A stretch of DNA of 64,000 nt, taken from NCBI RefSeq assembly GCF_031769215.1, contig NW_026781970.1:992001-1056000 (forward strand), read 5' to 3'. The notes beneath the pieces were generated by a model. The model saw only the letters and a list, made by a program, of their open reading frames with translations, had not been told where the DNA came from and ran no database searches. Positions 50,171-64,000 of the stretch are shown in pieces. Both the position numbers and the translations under genes were made by a program. The DNA is from Ylistrum balloti (taxonomy: Eukaryota). Every line of letters starts with the position of its first letter. The stretch's first letter is position 1.

Positions 50171-53100
50171 GTAAGTAAAAACACATATGGAAATTTACTT
50201 TTGTCATTAATTAGATTTTCATATAAATAAGTAACGAAAAGTTGTACAAAAGTATACATCAGTTCAAATAATTTTATGTTATATATTTTTTTAGATAAAG
50301 TAAAGTAGTAAATCTTTGTTAGATGTTCTTTAGATAAATGTATTTTTTATAATACTATCAACAATTTGAAAGGAATGTGTATATAATCGGTGTTGCAACT
50401 GACATATAAGAAAGGATTCTTATCACAAACTTTTCGACTGTTTGTTTCTTTGTGAGTTTAATCATAAGACATCTTTCCAAGAGTAAAAAACAAGGTTACC
50501 AATTAACTGTAAAAATCATTTCTTAATTTGAAGTGAATTCTTGGCGGAATGTTATTCTCACGGTTTGTCTATAGCCATGAAAAATAAAGAAAGTTTCTAC
50601 ACAACGAATATATTTCATAGTATACATAATTCTAACGATATATTGTGATTCAATGATTACAAATTGTATATCTCTTTTACAGACATATATAGGAGATATT
50701 CTAGTTGCTGTGAACCCATGTAAACCTCTCAATCTTTTCGAGAAAACGGTAAGATATATATTGTCTCTATCTTATATATAAAAAATCAGGGTGAGAATAT
50801 ATTGTATTGTATTGTTATGAATGTTTATAATAGATTCATACAGACAATTGTTATAATATTCATATTAAACTAACTTTTTTAAAACTATATCTAATAGATT
50901 TTGTTTAATCTTTTCACTACAAGCACTTGCTATAACAACTCTTGTCTGACTGTTAGGTACTTAACACCGTAATATTTTGCTAAAATGTTCTTGTTTGACT
51001 GTTCACTATTTCGTACAACAAAATATTATTAAAACTGTTCTTATTTGACTAGTTCACTATTCCTAACAACACACTATTACTAATACTGTTCTTGTTTGAC
51101 TGTTCACTATTCCTAACAACAACAAAATTACTAAAACTGTTCTTGTTTGATTAGTTCACTATTCCTAACAACAACAGAATTACTAAAACTGTTCTTGTTT
51201 GTTCACTATTCCTAACAACACACTATTACTAAAACTGTTCTTGTTTGACTGTTCATTATTCCTAACAACACACTATTACTAAAACTGTTCTTGTTTGACT
51301 GTTCATTATTCCTAACAACACACTATTACTAAAACTGTTCTTGTTTGACTGTTCACTATTCCTAACAACACACTATTACTAATACTGTTCTTGTTTGACT
51401 ATTCACTATTCCTAACAACACACTATTACTAAAACCGTTCTTGGTTGACTGTTCATTATTCCTAACAACACACTATTACTAATACTGTTCTTGTTTGACT
51501 GTTCATTCCTAACAACACACTATTCTAAAACTAACAACAACACACTATCACTAATACTGTTCTTTTTGACTGTTCATTATTCCTAACAACACACTATTAC
51601 TAAAACTGCTCTTTTTGACTGTTCATTATTCCTAACAACACACTATTACTAATACTGTTCTTGTTTGACTGTTCACTATTCCTAACAACACACTATTACT
51701 AAAACTGTTCTTGTTTGACTGTTCATTGTTCCTAACAACACACTATTACTAATACTGCTCTTGTTTGACTGTTCACTATTCCTAACAACACACTATTACT
51801 AAAACTGCTCTTTTTGATTGTTCATTATTCCTAACAACACACTATTACTAAAACTGTTCTTTTTGACTAGTTCACTATTCCTAACAACAACAAAATTACT
51901 AAAACTGTTCTTTTTGACTAGTTCACTATTCCTAACAACAACAAAATTACTAATACTGTTCTTGTTTGACTGTTCCTTATTCCTAACAACACACTATTAC
52001 TAATACTGTTCTTGTTTAACTAGTTCACTAGTCCTCACCACCAAGAATCTACTGCTTTTTTTACTTTTCCTCACACGTTTGCTATAAATGTTCTTGTTTG
52101 TCTGTTTAATACTCTTCAACAAAAAACTTTTATAATAACTTTCAATTTTACTTTTCGCTAATCATCACTGTAAAAATTGATATAAATTGTCAAGCGATCA
52201 GGTATCCTCCATCCACTGCTAGCTAGTTTATCTTCTTATCAACACAATAAACATATCGTTTTAATGAGATTATCATCCTAGAAGGAAGGAATGTTCTATT
52301 TGAATTAATGTTATTCTAGACAAATGTAATAAAGATGAAATATTATGCACATAATTAATGTTGTTAAGCCGTTTGGAAGTGCTCTAGTGCCTTTATAACT
52401 GTGTGTTACTAATATATCCTGTATATGCTGCTTTACAGAAAGATTGTTTTACTTTCCTCAATGCAAAACGTGATATTAAAGTATCTTCTTATTACCTGTA
52501 ATTGATGATTTATTTTGGTCTTGAGATAACGAATATAGGCCACGCCTGGTATCTCATCCATTTGTATACTGTTACATAAATTTATCAAAATAAATTGATT
52601 AATTTTGATGTCTTTTAAGTGACAAGACTGTAAAGATTTACATTTGATCAACGATGCAGTCTACATAAATTTACTTGTGACTGTGAGATATTCATTATAA
52701 TATATAGAAGTAGAGCCAAAGGGTTGGTCTGTACAGAGAAACGTAGCATTTAAAGGTCATTACCAGGTTTTCAATGATATAAATTATAAATATTTAAAAA
52801 CAATAAAAGACAGTGTCTATAAATCGCTGCAATAAGTTCAGTTTTTTCAAGTGTGATAAATGCCCGTAACATCATTGACAATGTAACTTTAGACTTAGAT
52901 TATAAGGAAATCGAAATGCGCCCTCTTTGCTGTTTTGGCAATATAACTACATTAACCATGGCTGAAGATATTAAGTATTGTGTCTATTTCAGAACCATGA
53001 GGAGTACGAGAATCTGTTGGTCCGAGCCGAGAAGCCCCCTCATCTCTTTTGGGTGGCTGACCACGCGTACAGGGCATTACTGGAGACCAGTAGGAATCAG

Positions 53101-56100
53101 TGTATCCTGGTTAGTGGGGAATCCGGGTCTGGAAAGACGGAAAGTACAAAGTACATGATACAACACCTCATGAGGATCAGTCCTAGTAATGACAAACACC
53201 TACTCGATAAAATTGTACAGGTAATGCTGACCTTAACATCAAATCTGTGCATAACAACTTTACAGGACAACTCAGGCCAACTGTCAATGTATACACAGAG
53301 ACTTGAATTTTATTTTAAATTTAAGCATTATCCTTATTGTATTTCCCCCATCTGGTGCAAGATTTTTATTTCAACACACACATTTGGAGACTGATGTATT
53401 TTAAAACAGCATTGTTCATTACAAGTTTGTCGCTTTTACTTGATAAACACATCCATGTCGTGGACTAATGTCGAGTTACTATAGAAGTGTTCATTCTATG
53501 AATAACACGGAAAAGTTTTGCAATGTTTGTAAAACAGCTTCTGATGATCTAAAAAAGATATTTACCCCGTTTAGTATGAATTGGAAATAAATTAAAGATG
53601 CTTTATTCATCATATAACTACCCTGTTATTAGTGTAATAATACTTATTACATGAATAGATTACGTGAGTGGTAAACAAAATTTTTCATTCATTTCCATTT
53701 CATATGAGATTTATGAAGCTCGATACAAATTTTTCATTTTACCTTGACAGGGGTTAGGTAAAATGAAAAAAAAAATCTAGGACTCGTTTCATAATTGTGA
53801 TATAACTGGCAAGTTATGTAATTATTCCAATACCAATGCTTAATGCCTACATAATATACGTTCAACATTAACAGGTGAAATATGTATTAACACTTAATCT
53901 AAAGAAAAAAATGTTTAAAGTGATAAATTCGCTGTCACTATAACACTATCTTAATCTATGCTCATTTTACACTGATTCACTGGAAATGTCAATTTAGAAA
54001 TATTAATCTATTATAAAACATTCAATAACAATAAATTTCTTTTTGACAAGTGAAGTGTGATAAAGTACTTAATTTTTGCTTATGTTTGCAAATCTACCAC
54101 ATAAATGTTACTTCTTTGATAAAAAGCTCGTGACATTGTTTTAGTTAACTTTCTACTTACCATGTAGATATATTTTGTAGCAACTTTTTTCTAAATATGA
54201 TTATGAACTATAATTGATATACTGATTAACTCGATCTTCGTTAGTATATGTATTCATGTAGGTTAGCTATTTATCAATCAATCGAGACGTTTCCATTAGA
54301 GTACTGTTTTTATCCTATTCGTCTTTTTGATATTGAGCAGCACAGCCTGTCAGTTGGTTTATAGGTTTCGTATTTCTTTGAAATTGATATTCCTCTGTTT
54401 AATGGCTCGACGCTTCTCTTCAATATTTATGTAATTAATATCACACTCAATTCATGTCGGACCTGTTGTTTAAATTAAATGAATTATTTCGACCGCAACG
54501 TGCAAATAAGACATTAAATGTTTGAACAGGATGACAGATTATGACAATAACAAACAAACTAGATGTTAGACCATCACAACATAATTAATGTTTGGAATAT
54601 TTATACATAATGTGTTTTTTATTGTTAAATATGTCGTTAATGTAACATTAACACAATTACTTTGAGTAGTTATTGATGTTGTCGCTGTAAAGGGTACCAA
54701 TTTTGGGGAATATTTTTTTTCTATAATTTAATCGCCGTTTTCCCTGCATCCGCTGCAGCTTATTGTAACTGTTACTGTAAAAGTTTATATTTTCATGGAA
54801 TACTATTTTTCAATATTTTCGAAGATTTGACAAAGCCACAAAATCAAATGAAACTATGAAATTTGACCGGCTTAATAATAAACTTTACATTGATATTAAG
54901 CATGCGTAAAAATCTCATTTTTTGAGAAAACTATATAAGTGATTTGAAAAATAAATGTTTCGTCCGTTTGATTTATTAAATAGCTAGACAACACTATTTC
55001 TTGTTAAGGGTACTTCGCGAGTGAACTAGATTTTTGTTGATCGGTTTTATTGTCTTTTCTGTCTATTATCGAGATTTACTGAATCTTCGGATTAATAACA
55101 CCAAACGTTATCATATTTGTTTCTGATTTCATTCATCCTTTATATCACACAGTTTTGTTACTTATGTTAGCTCAATAGTCATTTTGTCGATGTGGTAATA
55201 TATCAATTAGGTGTTCAGAGGTGATCTGAGATATCCTATATATCTAAATGCTTATTTGTAATTTTCCAGTCACTTACCAAGAGTTCTGTTGTATATATAA
55301 TTTCTCTGGTTTAAAGTGAACATGCTGGGTGATAAGACGTATACTGTTTGATTAGAGACACTAAACATGTTCCGCCGGAAGGCATAATTTGTTATATATG
55401 TCTTCTTATGTTACCTGCTGTCACTGTCAATTTTTCACCCAAATGAACAATTCAAATTCCTTTGAGTTATCGCTCTTAGTAACATTTCGCAATCTGCATC
55501 ATGGAGAGAAATGTGATGAAAATAAATGAACAGGAGAACTATATAAAAATTAGAAGTAAATTCAAATGATAGATACGAAGAGATCTAATTTGATAATCAA
55601 ACACCGATTTATAAATATAGATAAAAAATAGATTTGGTCATTATATGACACTACATATATTTAGGAATCAAATAAGATTTAACGATCACTTGATGGATGG
55701 TTGATTTCAAAGCAATTAAGGGATAGTATTTCTGTTTAAGTTAACAGTTGTGTTTAGGACTCCCATTTCAAATTTCAGTGTTTGTACATCTTTTCAACTT
55801 ATCAGACATAAGAAAATCACTGAACGTAACAAAAAGCTGTTTGAACTCATTAGTTGACAATACTGTATCTAATTGGAAATCGTGGTAAAAAGTAAAAAGT
55901 GTTTTGCCTTTTCTACAATGTTTATACAGTCCATATGTAAAATAGAAATAATGTTAGTCTCGAAGTTATACTGAATACATGACTGATGTACAAAGATCAA
56001 TAGATTCAACAAGATATATTGATTAGGTTTCCCATTGATTTTAAGTGCAAATAATTGTTAACCATACTTAAGATATCAGTTATTGACATATTTATATACA

Positions 56101-59100
56101 GTTAATCCAATACTTATTGTATATGTTATGTAAGTACAAACATTTCTGTCCTTATGATAAATTGGAACAACTTTACAAGAAATAGTTTAGAATTATCTCC
56201 TGACCTAGCTAAGGACAGTAATCCATAGCCACGCGCCATCGGCTCTGACATTTAGCCCCAAGGTTTTGTTCCTATAATAACCTGTCCCGAGGGTGACAGG
56301 TCTTTCATTACCAGCGACAGAGTTTCGTCAGAATTTCTTTGTCTATGACTAAAGCCTGGTCTAATCGAAATCATTATTACCTGTGACCGGACGGTCCATC
56401 AAGCCTGTCTAAATATATGGCATAACCGTGTTTAGTCACTACTCACATCATGTATATATGCAAAGTGCATTTTTTTATTGTACATTAAGGACCAGTATGA
56501 TGATATACATCCTGATGTGTACTGTGTATAAACTGGACGATGACCGTGTACATGATTAGCATAAGTCATAGAAAGCAATGAACATGTCTACACAAATTAT
56601 GTGCACATTGCATATTTCGCGTATTTATACAAACTGCTTTTTTTACTGCTTTTTACTGACCGTTCTTTGACAGCCCGGCACACTTTTTCCGTATTCACAA
56701 GATCTTGGCAAATGATAATGGCAAATTATTAGTTGTCCGAGTCAAATATCAACATTACATTTACAACCTATAAAAACGAACAAATCATTACACATTTTCC
56801 AAGTATTTGAAAGAAAACAATGAAATGGAACATATATATCTTCTAACAGTAACAAATAAATGTTTTCTATACGATATGTTTTTGTATAATTTTTGTATAT
56901 TTTATATTTATTTAAAGAATGAAATCAATTATACATATATGCATATTTTTACTGCATGTACATTATTACAATCTTAAGTCATTTCGATATTACTCATCAG
57001 TTTGATCATATCAAATACAGTGCTACGACTCATATTTGCATCAAAAACTGCAATACATATATTGATAAAGGAAGACGACAAGCAAACGAATTATTTCCAT
57101 GGAGACTCTTCGAAATGTACCAAGAGAATAATACCAACACTTGCTAATTGACAATGCCTAACGAGTAAATCCAAGTAATGTCATGTTGTCAATAAAGGAA
57201 ACATTTCATGTCAACGAAATTATAATGCTGACCTTCATATTTCAAAAAAATATTAATATGGTGACAGTTTCAGTTGACATAAAATCACTCATCAATTATG
57301 AAAACAATGGTTGTTTTATTTGTTTGTTTTTTATTGCTCAGAAGATTGTTAGAGAAGTTATCCTTAGAATACATTTATGTACGTACATAACATATAGCAT
57401 TTCGAGTGCGAGACAAAAACTGATATAATTTAATTCAATACCTCTATTTAAGATGTTTTGAATAATGCGCAATCGCTTTGGATGCTTTCTTGGCAGGGGT
57501 TTTTTTTTAGACAAACCTGTTAATTGATTGATCAACATTTCAGGTTAATCCCTTACTGGAAGCCTTTGGAAACGCAGCCACAGTTATCAACGGAAATTCT
57601 AGTCGATTTGGAAAATTCATAGAACTTCACTATACCGAAGAAGGGTCATTGCTTGGAGGTAAGATATCAAAAAATTACATACGTCTAAGTCCCCCCCCCC
57701 CCTTTGATTTATCTGTGAAAATGCAGCTTACAGACAAGAAACGTTTTGTTTTGTTTTTATATTTGAATTTTCGTAGTTTTTTTTAATCTATGGAACAGCC
57801 GGCACCTTACGGAATACCAAAAAAGGTATTTCAAAAAGGTGGGAAAGGTTGTCAAAGTTGATATGTACGGAAGTATATCACTTTTGTTGGTGGGGGGAAT
57901 ATAGAGAATACTGGCAATGTAGATATATCTACATAAAAACTGTGTCAAATATTTAGTCATTCCATTCATTCCTTCCATTCCATAACTATGACAATATTTC
58001 TACATATCAACTTTTAAAGACTGTTTTAGAGGTTTCAGATTCACGCTTCTTCTGCAAAAATCTTGAAGCAACAATGATCATTTTGCGCGGAAGATATAAA
58101 ATGGACTACAATTTCCTGTAGTAATCTTATTTTTATTTCATATATTCTTCGCGATGTTTTCCCCATCCTCACATAAAGCTCGATAATTATTCAATTCGAG
58201 TAAGGCCGTCCTTTGAGATGACTTTTATTATCAAGGGACCATAAGAAAACCAATTATTACAAAACCACTACCTCATTAAATAATGCATCATGGAAAAGCA
58301 ACCTATAAAAAGATGTTTATAAAAGTCAACAACATACGCCAAATTTATATATATCGTCAAAGATGGAGATAAATACAGTATGTAAGTTTGGCTTAAAACT
58401 GGAAATGATGATCATTGCTCCGACTGCCTGAATAGATATGGCGCTGCTTATTTATTCCCCCCCCCCCTTTTTTTCTGGATATTGAGTATCAAAATATCGT
58501 CCAAACAACTGACGGTGAGAACGTTAGAGCCCTTAAACAAAAACTTAGCCCCTAGCGGGTGTAGAGGCAGTGTAAGGTGTTCATGCTATACTTACATATA
58601 TGATATACAATACTAGAGTGTGTCAATGCATAAAATCAGCATTGCGCATAGCTTAAATTGATCATCATAAATTATTTCTGTTGCAATTTTGACCAGGTTG
58701 AAATTAATTTGACAGGATTATGAGAGGTTCACGTTATCATGTTGTTGTTTGCATATCATAATTTGACACTATATAAAAAAAACATAAAGAGATTCATTCG
58801 GAATTTACGATATTCTTAAAAATGTTTTCAAGGGAAGGTAAAATACACGTACAAACATTTGCATTTCTATTGAAACCGAAATGCATCATAACTAATAACT
58901 ATCTTGCATTTAATCTTCTTTTATATACCATCAAAGAGACTAAACATTTTATAGACAAGATCAAGAAATCTAGATCGGTATATAGTTAAAATTTTGTGCA
59001 GGTGATGGAAATTTTGCTATTTGAACATGGTTGAGCTTCTATCAAACCAATACTGCAAAGAAATTTGTTATTCATTGCATCAACAATATATCTTTTATGC

Positions 59101-62100
59101 ATTTTTGAAACAGCCATAGGTGTACAACAATTTGCAGGTCATTAATAGTTATTAGATGTACAAGGCATTACTGAATGAGTCATATCGGAGAAATTTAATT
59201 TCCAAAGGTCATCAAATTAATGAAGATATATGATCTTGAAATACTGCACCACCTCGTGTTTAACTCTGTTACAGAAATGCACTAGTAATAACTTAATAGA
59301 TAACAGAAATTTAACATTATACAACCTTGTTGAAGCTTTTTTGATTCGATACTTCTGTCATCGTTTCACTAGGGGAAAGGTCAACCTTAATCATGATCAA
59401 TCTATGTCACAACATTATCGATACGACTGTCATTAAGGACATTACGTGATTGTGTTTAACAACTGATTAAAACTGAAGCCTCCTATACGGTAATTAACTT
59501 TTCCAAAAATGGTGTGTCATGTTTTAAATGCCGTGTACCACATTATGTAAATCATCATAATAGCATACAAAAAGTTAACAACAGAAATTTAGAATAGCAT
59601 TTTATCATAAACATTACTAATTGTATTAAAGTGGCAGTTTAGAATATTTTGAAAATAAAACGCTTCTAGGTATAATGGGAAATGTTTATTAAACAGAATG
59701 AGATAGCAGTCTTACACACACTAGCATACAAAAACTTGACATATTTGTATTCTATATAAAGACGATCAATAAAATCAATTAAGAAAAATTAAACAGATAT
59801 TGTGAAGGTTTTGCTCAATGGTTCTCTACATGTACTTACTTTTTTTCTCCAGCTAAGATTGATGACTATATATTAGAGAAGTCCCGAGTAGTATATCGGA
59901 ATAAAGGCGAGAAGAACTTCCATGTTTTCTACTCTCTTTTTGCTGGTATGTCAAGGGATCGACTCTTATACTACTTCCTGGAGGATCCCGATTGTCATAG
60001 GTAAGATTTAAGAAGATATAAAAAAGAAGATGTCAAATTACAGCAAAAGCTTTGATAGTTGTAATTTTCATTTTTATTAGAAAATTAATATTGTTTATTC
60101 AGATGTTTTTAACGGCGCATCTGTTGTTTATATAATCAATGTATTTTCTACAGAATCATGCGGGATGGTGACCCAACATGTGGGGTATTTCGAGATTCGG
60201 ATGAGTTTCAGAACTACAAAATCATGTTTGGAGAACTAACAGTCATAATGTCCCACATAGGGTTTTCAGATGAGGTACGTTGCAATCACCATCAGCAAAT
60301 GAAAAATATATATTATTCTGGAAGTATGCACACTTTAGACAAATAACTGTTACATTCAATCCGAGAGACACACGAAAACCTATAAATCAAAAGGTCTTTT
60401 CTTGTTATTTATGTTCTGTTCTTAATCTTTCTGCTATATCTTTTTGATAACTGATTAAGGAATATTTCAATATAACCTAAAATTAAACCAAATGTCGACA
60501 AGCTGCAGAAGCTATTCTCATTAATACAATTAAACAATTGTACTTGCAGCACATTTCGGTAATTTTCCTCGTTCTGGCCTCCGTACTACACTTGGCGAAC
60601 ATAGTGTTTATGCCGTGTGAAGAAACTGATGGTGTGACCGTAGCGGACGAATACCCTCTTCACGCAGTCGCCAAACTTTTGGGTATAGAAGATGAAGTGG
60701 AACTCACAGAGGCTCTCATCTCAAATGTCAATTACATCAAAGGTGAATTAAATTATATCGGGTAGATAAAACGCATGACTATAAACATAAATTGGCCAAC
60801 ATTTCCACAGATAATCAACAGAATGCTTAGTCGATTTCGGTCCTTTTTCAATAGCTTCGACTACAACTACAACATGAGAGCATATATTTGTCTTTAAAGT
60901 TTTAGATTGAAAGGGATTGCCAAGAGATATCTAGAGAAAATTTGGAGGTAAGAGGTATTGTAAAGAAAAATTCAACGAACCATGTTTGCTTTCAGGGGAA
61001 CGAATTCAGTCCTGGAAAAATCTTCGGGAAGCAAACGACAGCCGTGATGCTCTGGTTAAAGACTTGTACTCTAGGTTGTTTGGCTGGATTGTTGGCCAGG
61101 TGAACAGAAAATTGTGGATACAGCGGGATGGCAAGACATCAAAGTAAGTCAATAGATCATGAATGAACTTACCATAAAATACATCTTATACTGAGGGTGG
61201 TGTATCGTATTCTGGTATCGTCATTGATGATATTTAAATATCTATCATTCTCTGGTTGTTTGGTTTGGTTGATTCTTCGAAGCGATAAAAAGTAGATATG
61301 TTACACACAAATAGTTAGAAACATTGTATATAATGAGAACTAACTGAAAGGCTGTAACATTTTGTAGTTTCACAAGAGGGCTTACCGTCAGTCTTCTGGA
61401 CATGTCTGGGTTTGAGAATTTCACCAACAACACGTTTGATCAGTTTCTCATCAACATCTCCAACGAAAAGTTACAGCAGTACTTCATGGACTACATTTTC
61501 CCGCGGGAACGCCGTGACTACGAAATCGAGGGTATCGAGTGGAGAGACATTGTATACCACTCAAATGATGACGTTCTCGATCTTGTATTTAGGGTAAGCA
61601 TGTCTTCCACTTCTGTAAAAATATATTTAAACATCAATTTGTGAAATAAAAACGTCTCGTGCGACAATAACAATGGCTGTGAATAGAGTATGGATTCGGA
61701 GAGAATTTAAAACATGCCTGATACGTTTTGAATGAAATTATTATATGTGGATTTCTTTAACATCAATATAACTTTTTGCAGAGACCAGACGGTGTTCTTG
61801 CTTTACTGGATGAAGAATCTATTTTTCCGAAATCAACTGATGTCTCTCTCGTACAGAAACTAAATCAGTACTGTAGGGATACGCATAGATATGTTAAGTC
61901 CTTGGGAGAGCGGACAAGCTTCGGGATCCGCCACTACTCCGAACAGGTACGTCTTAAGTCGTAGAAAAATATCGTATTTAATGAGTCATTACGTTGATCA
62001 GAATACCATTCGCGTACTATTAATTTAATTCTGAATTGGTATTGAAAGGTGCTATTTTCTTGTCTTTTGTACAGCGAATGATAAAAACATTTTGAACTAT

Positions 62101-62448
62101 TTACATGTTAATTCTACCATTGGGACAATAACTTTGTCAGTTACTTAAAGTTTAACAATATCAAATTCAAGTGTTGGAAAAGACCACCTGATCATTTACA
62201 TTCTTGAAAATCTTAATATTCCCCACCTGTATAACACAAATGTCTTCTTTTGAAGTAATAGCTTTGATTTCTCAATGACTAAAGTATCAATGTCCTACAT
62301 TACAGGTGATGTACGACGCCGAGGGATTCCTAGAGAGAAACAGAGACACACTTAGTATCGATCTTGTCACCTGTCTCCTCAACAGCAATAATGATTTCAT
62401 CAAAGATTTGTTCACAGCATCTATGTCCCCAACTGGTACCATATCCGA
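50078..62448 (+). CDS. Gene 2: myosin motor domain gene, probable tandem myosin-chitin synthase paralog; 3' part lies beyond the window (span includes introns)
   Basis: Eleven phase-consistent exons with [27 protein letters not shown]. It shares intron positions and phases, several exact exon lengths (66, 115, 148, 226 nt), the NPC motif and a start directly at the motor with gene 1. The CHS part is not visible, so that identity is inferred. Confidence 0.85.
50683..50748 (+). CDS. Gene 2 exon 2 ([22 protein letters not shown])
   Basis: Motif match; 66 nt like gene 1 exon 2. Confidence 0.92.
50960..52040. repeat. Minisatellite, 50 bp unit (ctgttcttgtttgactgttcactattcctaacaacacactattactaaaa), roughly 20 copies, in gene 2 intron 2
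   Basis: Period of 50 visible at 51301 and 51351. Confidence 0.92.
52993..53220 (+). CDS. Gene 2 exon 3 ([10 protein letters not shown]-loop GESGSGKTE)
   Basis: P-loop; phase 0-0. Confidence 0.94.
57544..57658 (+). CDS. Gene 2 exon 4 ([25 protein letters not shown])
   Basis: Switch I; missed by the ORF track; 115 nt like gene 1. Confidence 0.94.
59853..60000 (+). CDS. Gene 2 exon 5 (LEKSRVV...[13 protein letters not shown])
   Basis: Motif match; 148 nt like gene 1. Confidence 0.93.
60154..60274 (+). CDS. Gene 2 exon 6 (IMRDGD...IGFSDE)
   Basis: Phase 2-0; overlaps track ORF 60158. Confidence 0.9.
60550..60742 (+). CDS. Gene 2 exon 7 ([12 protein letters not shown]...[11 protein letters not shown])
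   Basis: Equivalent to gene 1 exons 7 plus 8 without the intervening intron. Confidence 0.92.
60996..61143 (+). CDS. Gene 2 exon 8 (GERI...[17 protein letters not shown])
   Basis: RDAL.K.LY.RLF.WIV motif; missed by the ORF track. Confidence 0.93.
61368..61593 (+). CDS. Gene 2 exon 9 (switch II DMSGFE, relay helix)
   Basis: Motif match; 226 nt. Confidence 0.94.
61782..61946 (+). CDS. Gene 2 exon 10 ([13 protein letters not shown]...FGIRHYSEQ)
   Basis: LLDEES.FPK motif; phase 0-0. Confidence 0.93.
62306..62448 (+). CDS. Gene 2 exon 11 ([16 protein letters not shown]...SMSPTGTIS)
   Basis: V.Y...GFL..NRD motif; first gtaagt donor at 62449, phase 2 as in gene 1. Confidence 0.92.
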
Positions 62449-63015
62449 GTAAGTAAAGTTAAAAACATCATAGCATAGCATCTATGTCCCCAACTGGTAC
62501 CATATCCGAGTTAGTACAGTTAAAAACATCATAGCATAGCATCCTTTTCCCCAACTGGTACCATATCCGAGAAAGTAGAGTTAAAGACATCATATTAAAA
62601 CATCCATGTCCCCAACTGGTACCATATCCGAGTTAGTACAGTTAAAACATCATATCACAGCATCTATGTCCCCAACTGGTACCGTATCCGAGTAAGTACA
62701 GTTAAAGACATCATATTAAAACATCCATGTCCCCAACTGGTACCATGTCCTAGTGAGTAAAATTAAAAACATCATATCACAGCATCCATGTCCCTAACTG
62801 GTACCATATCCGAGAATGTAGATCATCATATTAAAACATCCATGTCCCCAACTGGTACCATATCCGAGTAAGTACAGTTAAAAACATCATAGCATAGCAT
62901 CCATGCCCCCACTGGTACCATGTCCGAGTGAGTACAGTTAAAAACATCATATCACAGCATCCATGTCCCCAACTGGTACCATGTCCGAGTGAGTACAGTT
63001 AAAAACATCATATCT
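62416..63015 (+). repeat. 61 bp tandem repeat, 10 copies, made of the last 33 nt of gene 2 exon 11 plus donor site and intron start
   Basis: Ten ggtacc cores about 55-61 bp apart; the first copy is the exon end itself. Confidence 0.93.
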
Positions 63016-64000
63016 GATTCTAAATGATTTTTTAAAAGATGTTATTTACTTGTGTATCTTTTGTTATGGTTCATTATCGTCGATGGTTCGACAATTAAGT
63101 CAATAAAAATGAGCTATAAACAACAGGAGTCTTGCGATATATAAAAAAAATAAAAAAGTAAATGTAACTGACAATGTTACAAACATAGGCAAGTGAAGAA
63201 AAAAAACCTAATTAAAACATGAGGAGATGACAATTTGAGTGTTAGAATCCTGGATTTAATTGTATGACTGTTATGTGATTATGACACGATTTAAACATCA
63301 GGAAGACATCGAATCCACAGGCTCCGACATACCTCCCACATGTGACACAAATTACATCTTAGTCATAACTCATTAATTACTGTCACGGAACTTACAGTCA
63401 TGACATGATATCACACAAATTATCTACTCTAATATGTACTTTCAATTGTACTTAAAATTGCATATCTCTTGTCAGTATTCTTGTTTATTTATGTATTTAT
63501 TTAGTGTTAACCGTCCGCTATTACGGCCTTTCTGCTTTTCAAAAGACAAGTCCATACATCATATATGAATAGACTTTCTTTTGGCGGTATCACGAAATAT
63601 ATATTTCCAAAATGAATACATAAGTGCATTATCTATTGAATATAGAATCCGTTATATATGGCTAGTTTATTTCACTTGTCATTAAAAGGTGCAAAGCCTA
63701 AGACAAATTTAATCTTAAGTAAAATGTAACTAAAAACAGAATCAAACATAACTAGAATGTGTTTTCTCAATAGACGTTAAGGTATAATAACCAAAATTTT
63801 GAGTAATGCTCTACAAAGATATCCACAAACAAGGTCACCTAGGACAAAAATGAAGTCAAGCATGCTAAGTTGGTCAAGATCCACGTTAATGTCATCAGAA
63901 GTAGGTTTCCTCTGTATATGAACTTCAGTTTCTTGACGGATGTCATTGGTATCGCGGTGTGAACAATAGAGATAGTTGTTCGCACACCTTTATATATGTA

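Noticed and set aside
56975-57005. Minus-strand CTGATGA...GAAA hammerhead-like spacing
   Set aside because: Stem II has only one pair and there is no stem I or III complementarity; likely chance.
50078-62448. Gene 2 as myosin III/NinaC or another stand-alone myosin
   Set aside because: No kinase exons precede the head, and its start, motifs and intron map match gene 1. It is not fully excluded because the 3' end is outside the window.
63504-63570. Candidate next exon of gene 2 after a pyrimidine-rich ag
   Set aside because: The frame reaches TGA without a convincing donor and shows no similarity to the expected loop 2 or SL..L region; the next exon is probably beyond the window.

Overview
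AT-rich, intron-rich animal genomic DNA, most likely from a bivalve mollusc (inferred from gene content and repeat style). By hand-splicing GT-AG exons I reconstructed one complete + strand gene (ATG 2891 to TAA 29231; 30 coding exons, 6630 nt, 2209 aa). It encodes an N-terminal myosin motor domain fused to a multi-pass metazoan chitin synthase with intact CATMWHET, DGD, EDR, QRRRW and SWGTRE motifs. About 21 kb downstream on the same strand a second, diverged myosin-motor gene begins (ATG 50078; 11 exons visible, running off the window). It has nearly the same exon/intron architecture and is probably a tandem myosin-chitin synthase paralog. Non-coding DNA holds five clear tandem arrays (28, 67, 130, 50 and 61 bp units); the 61 bp array is built from an exon end plus its splice donor. 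Also present are a dead Tc1-type transposase fragment abutting the 130 bp satellite, SINE/LINE remnants, and two hammerhead-ribozyme-like cores. Most ORFs in the supplied track are spurious or partial exons. No database searches were run; all family calls rest on motif recognition.
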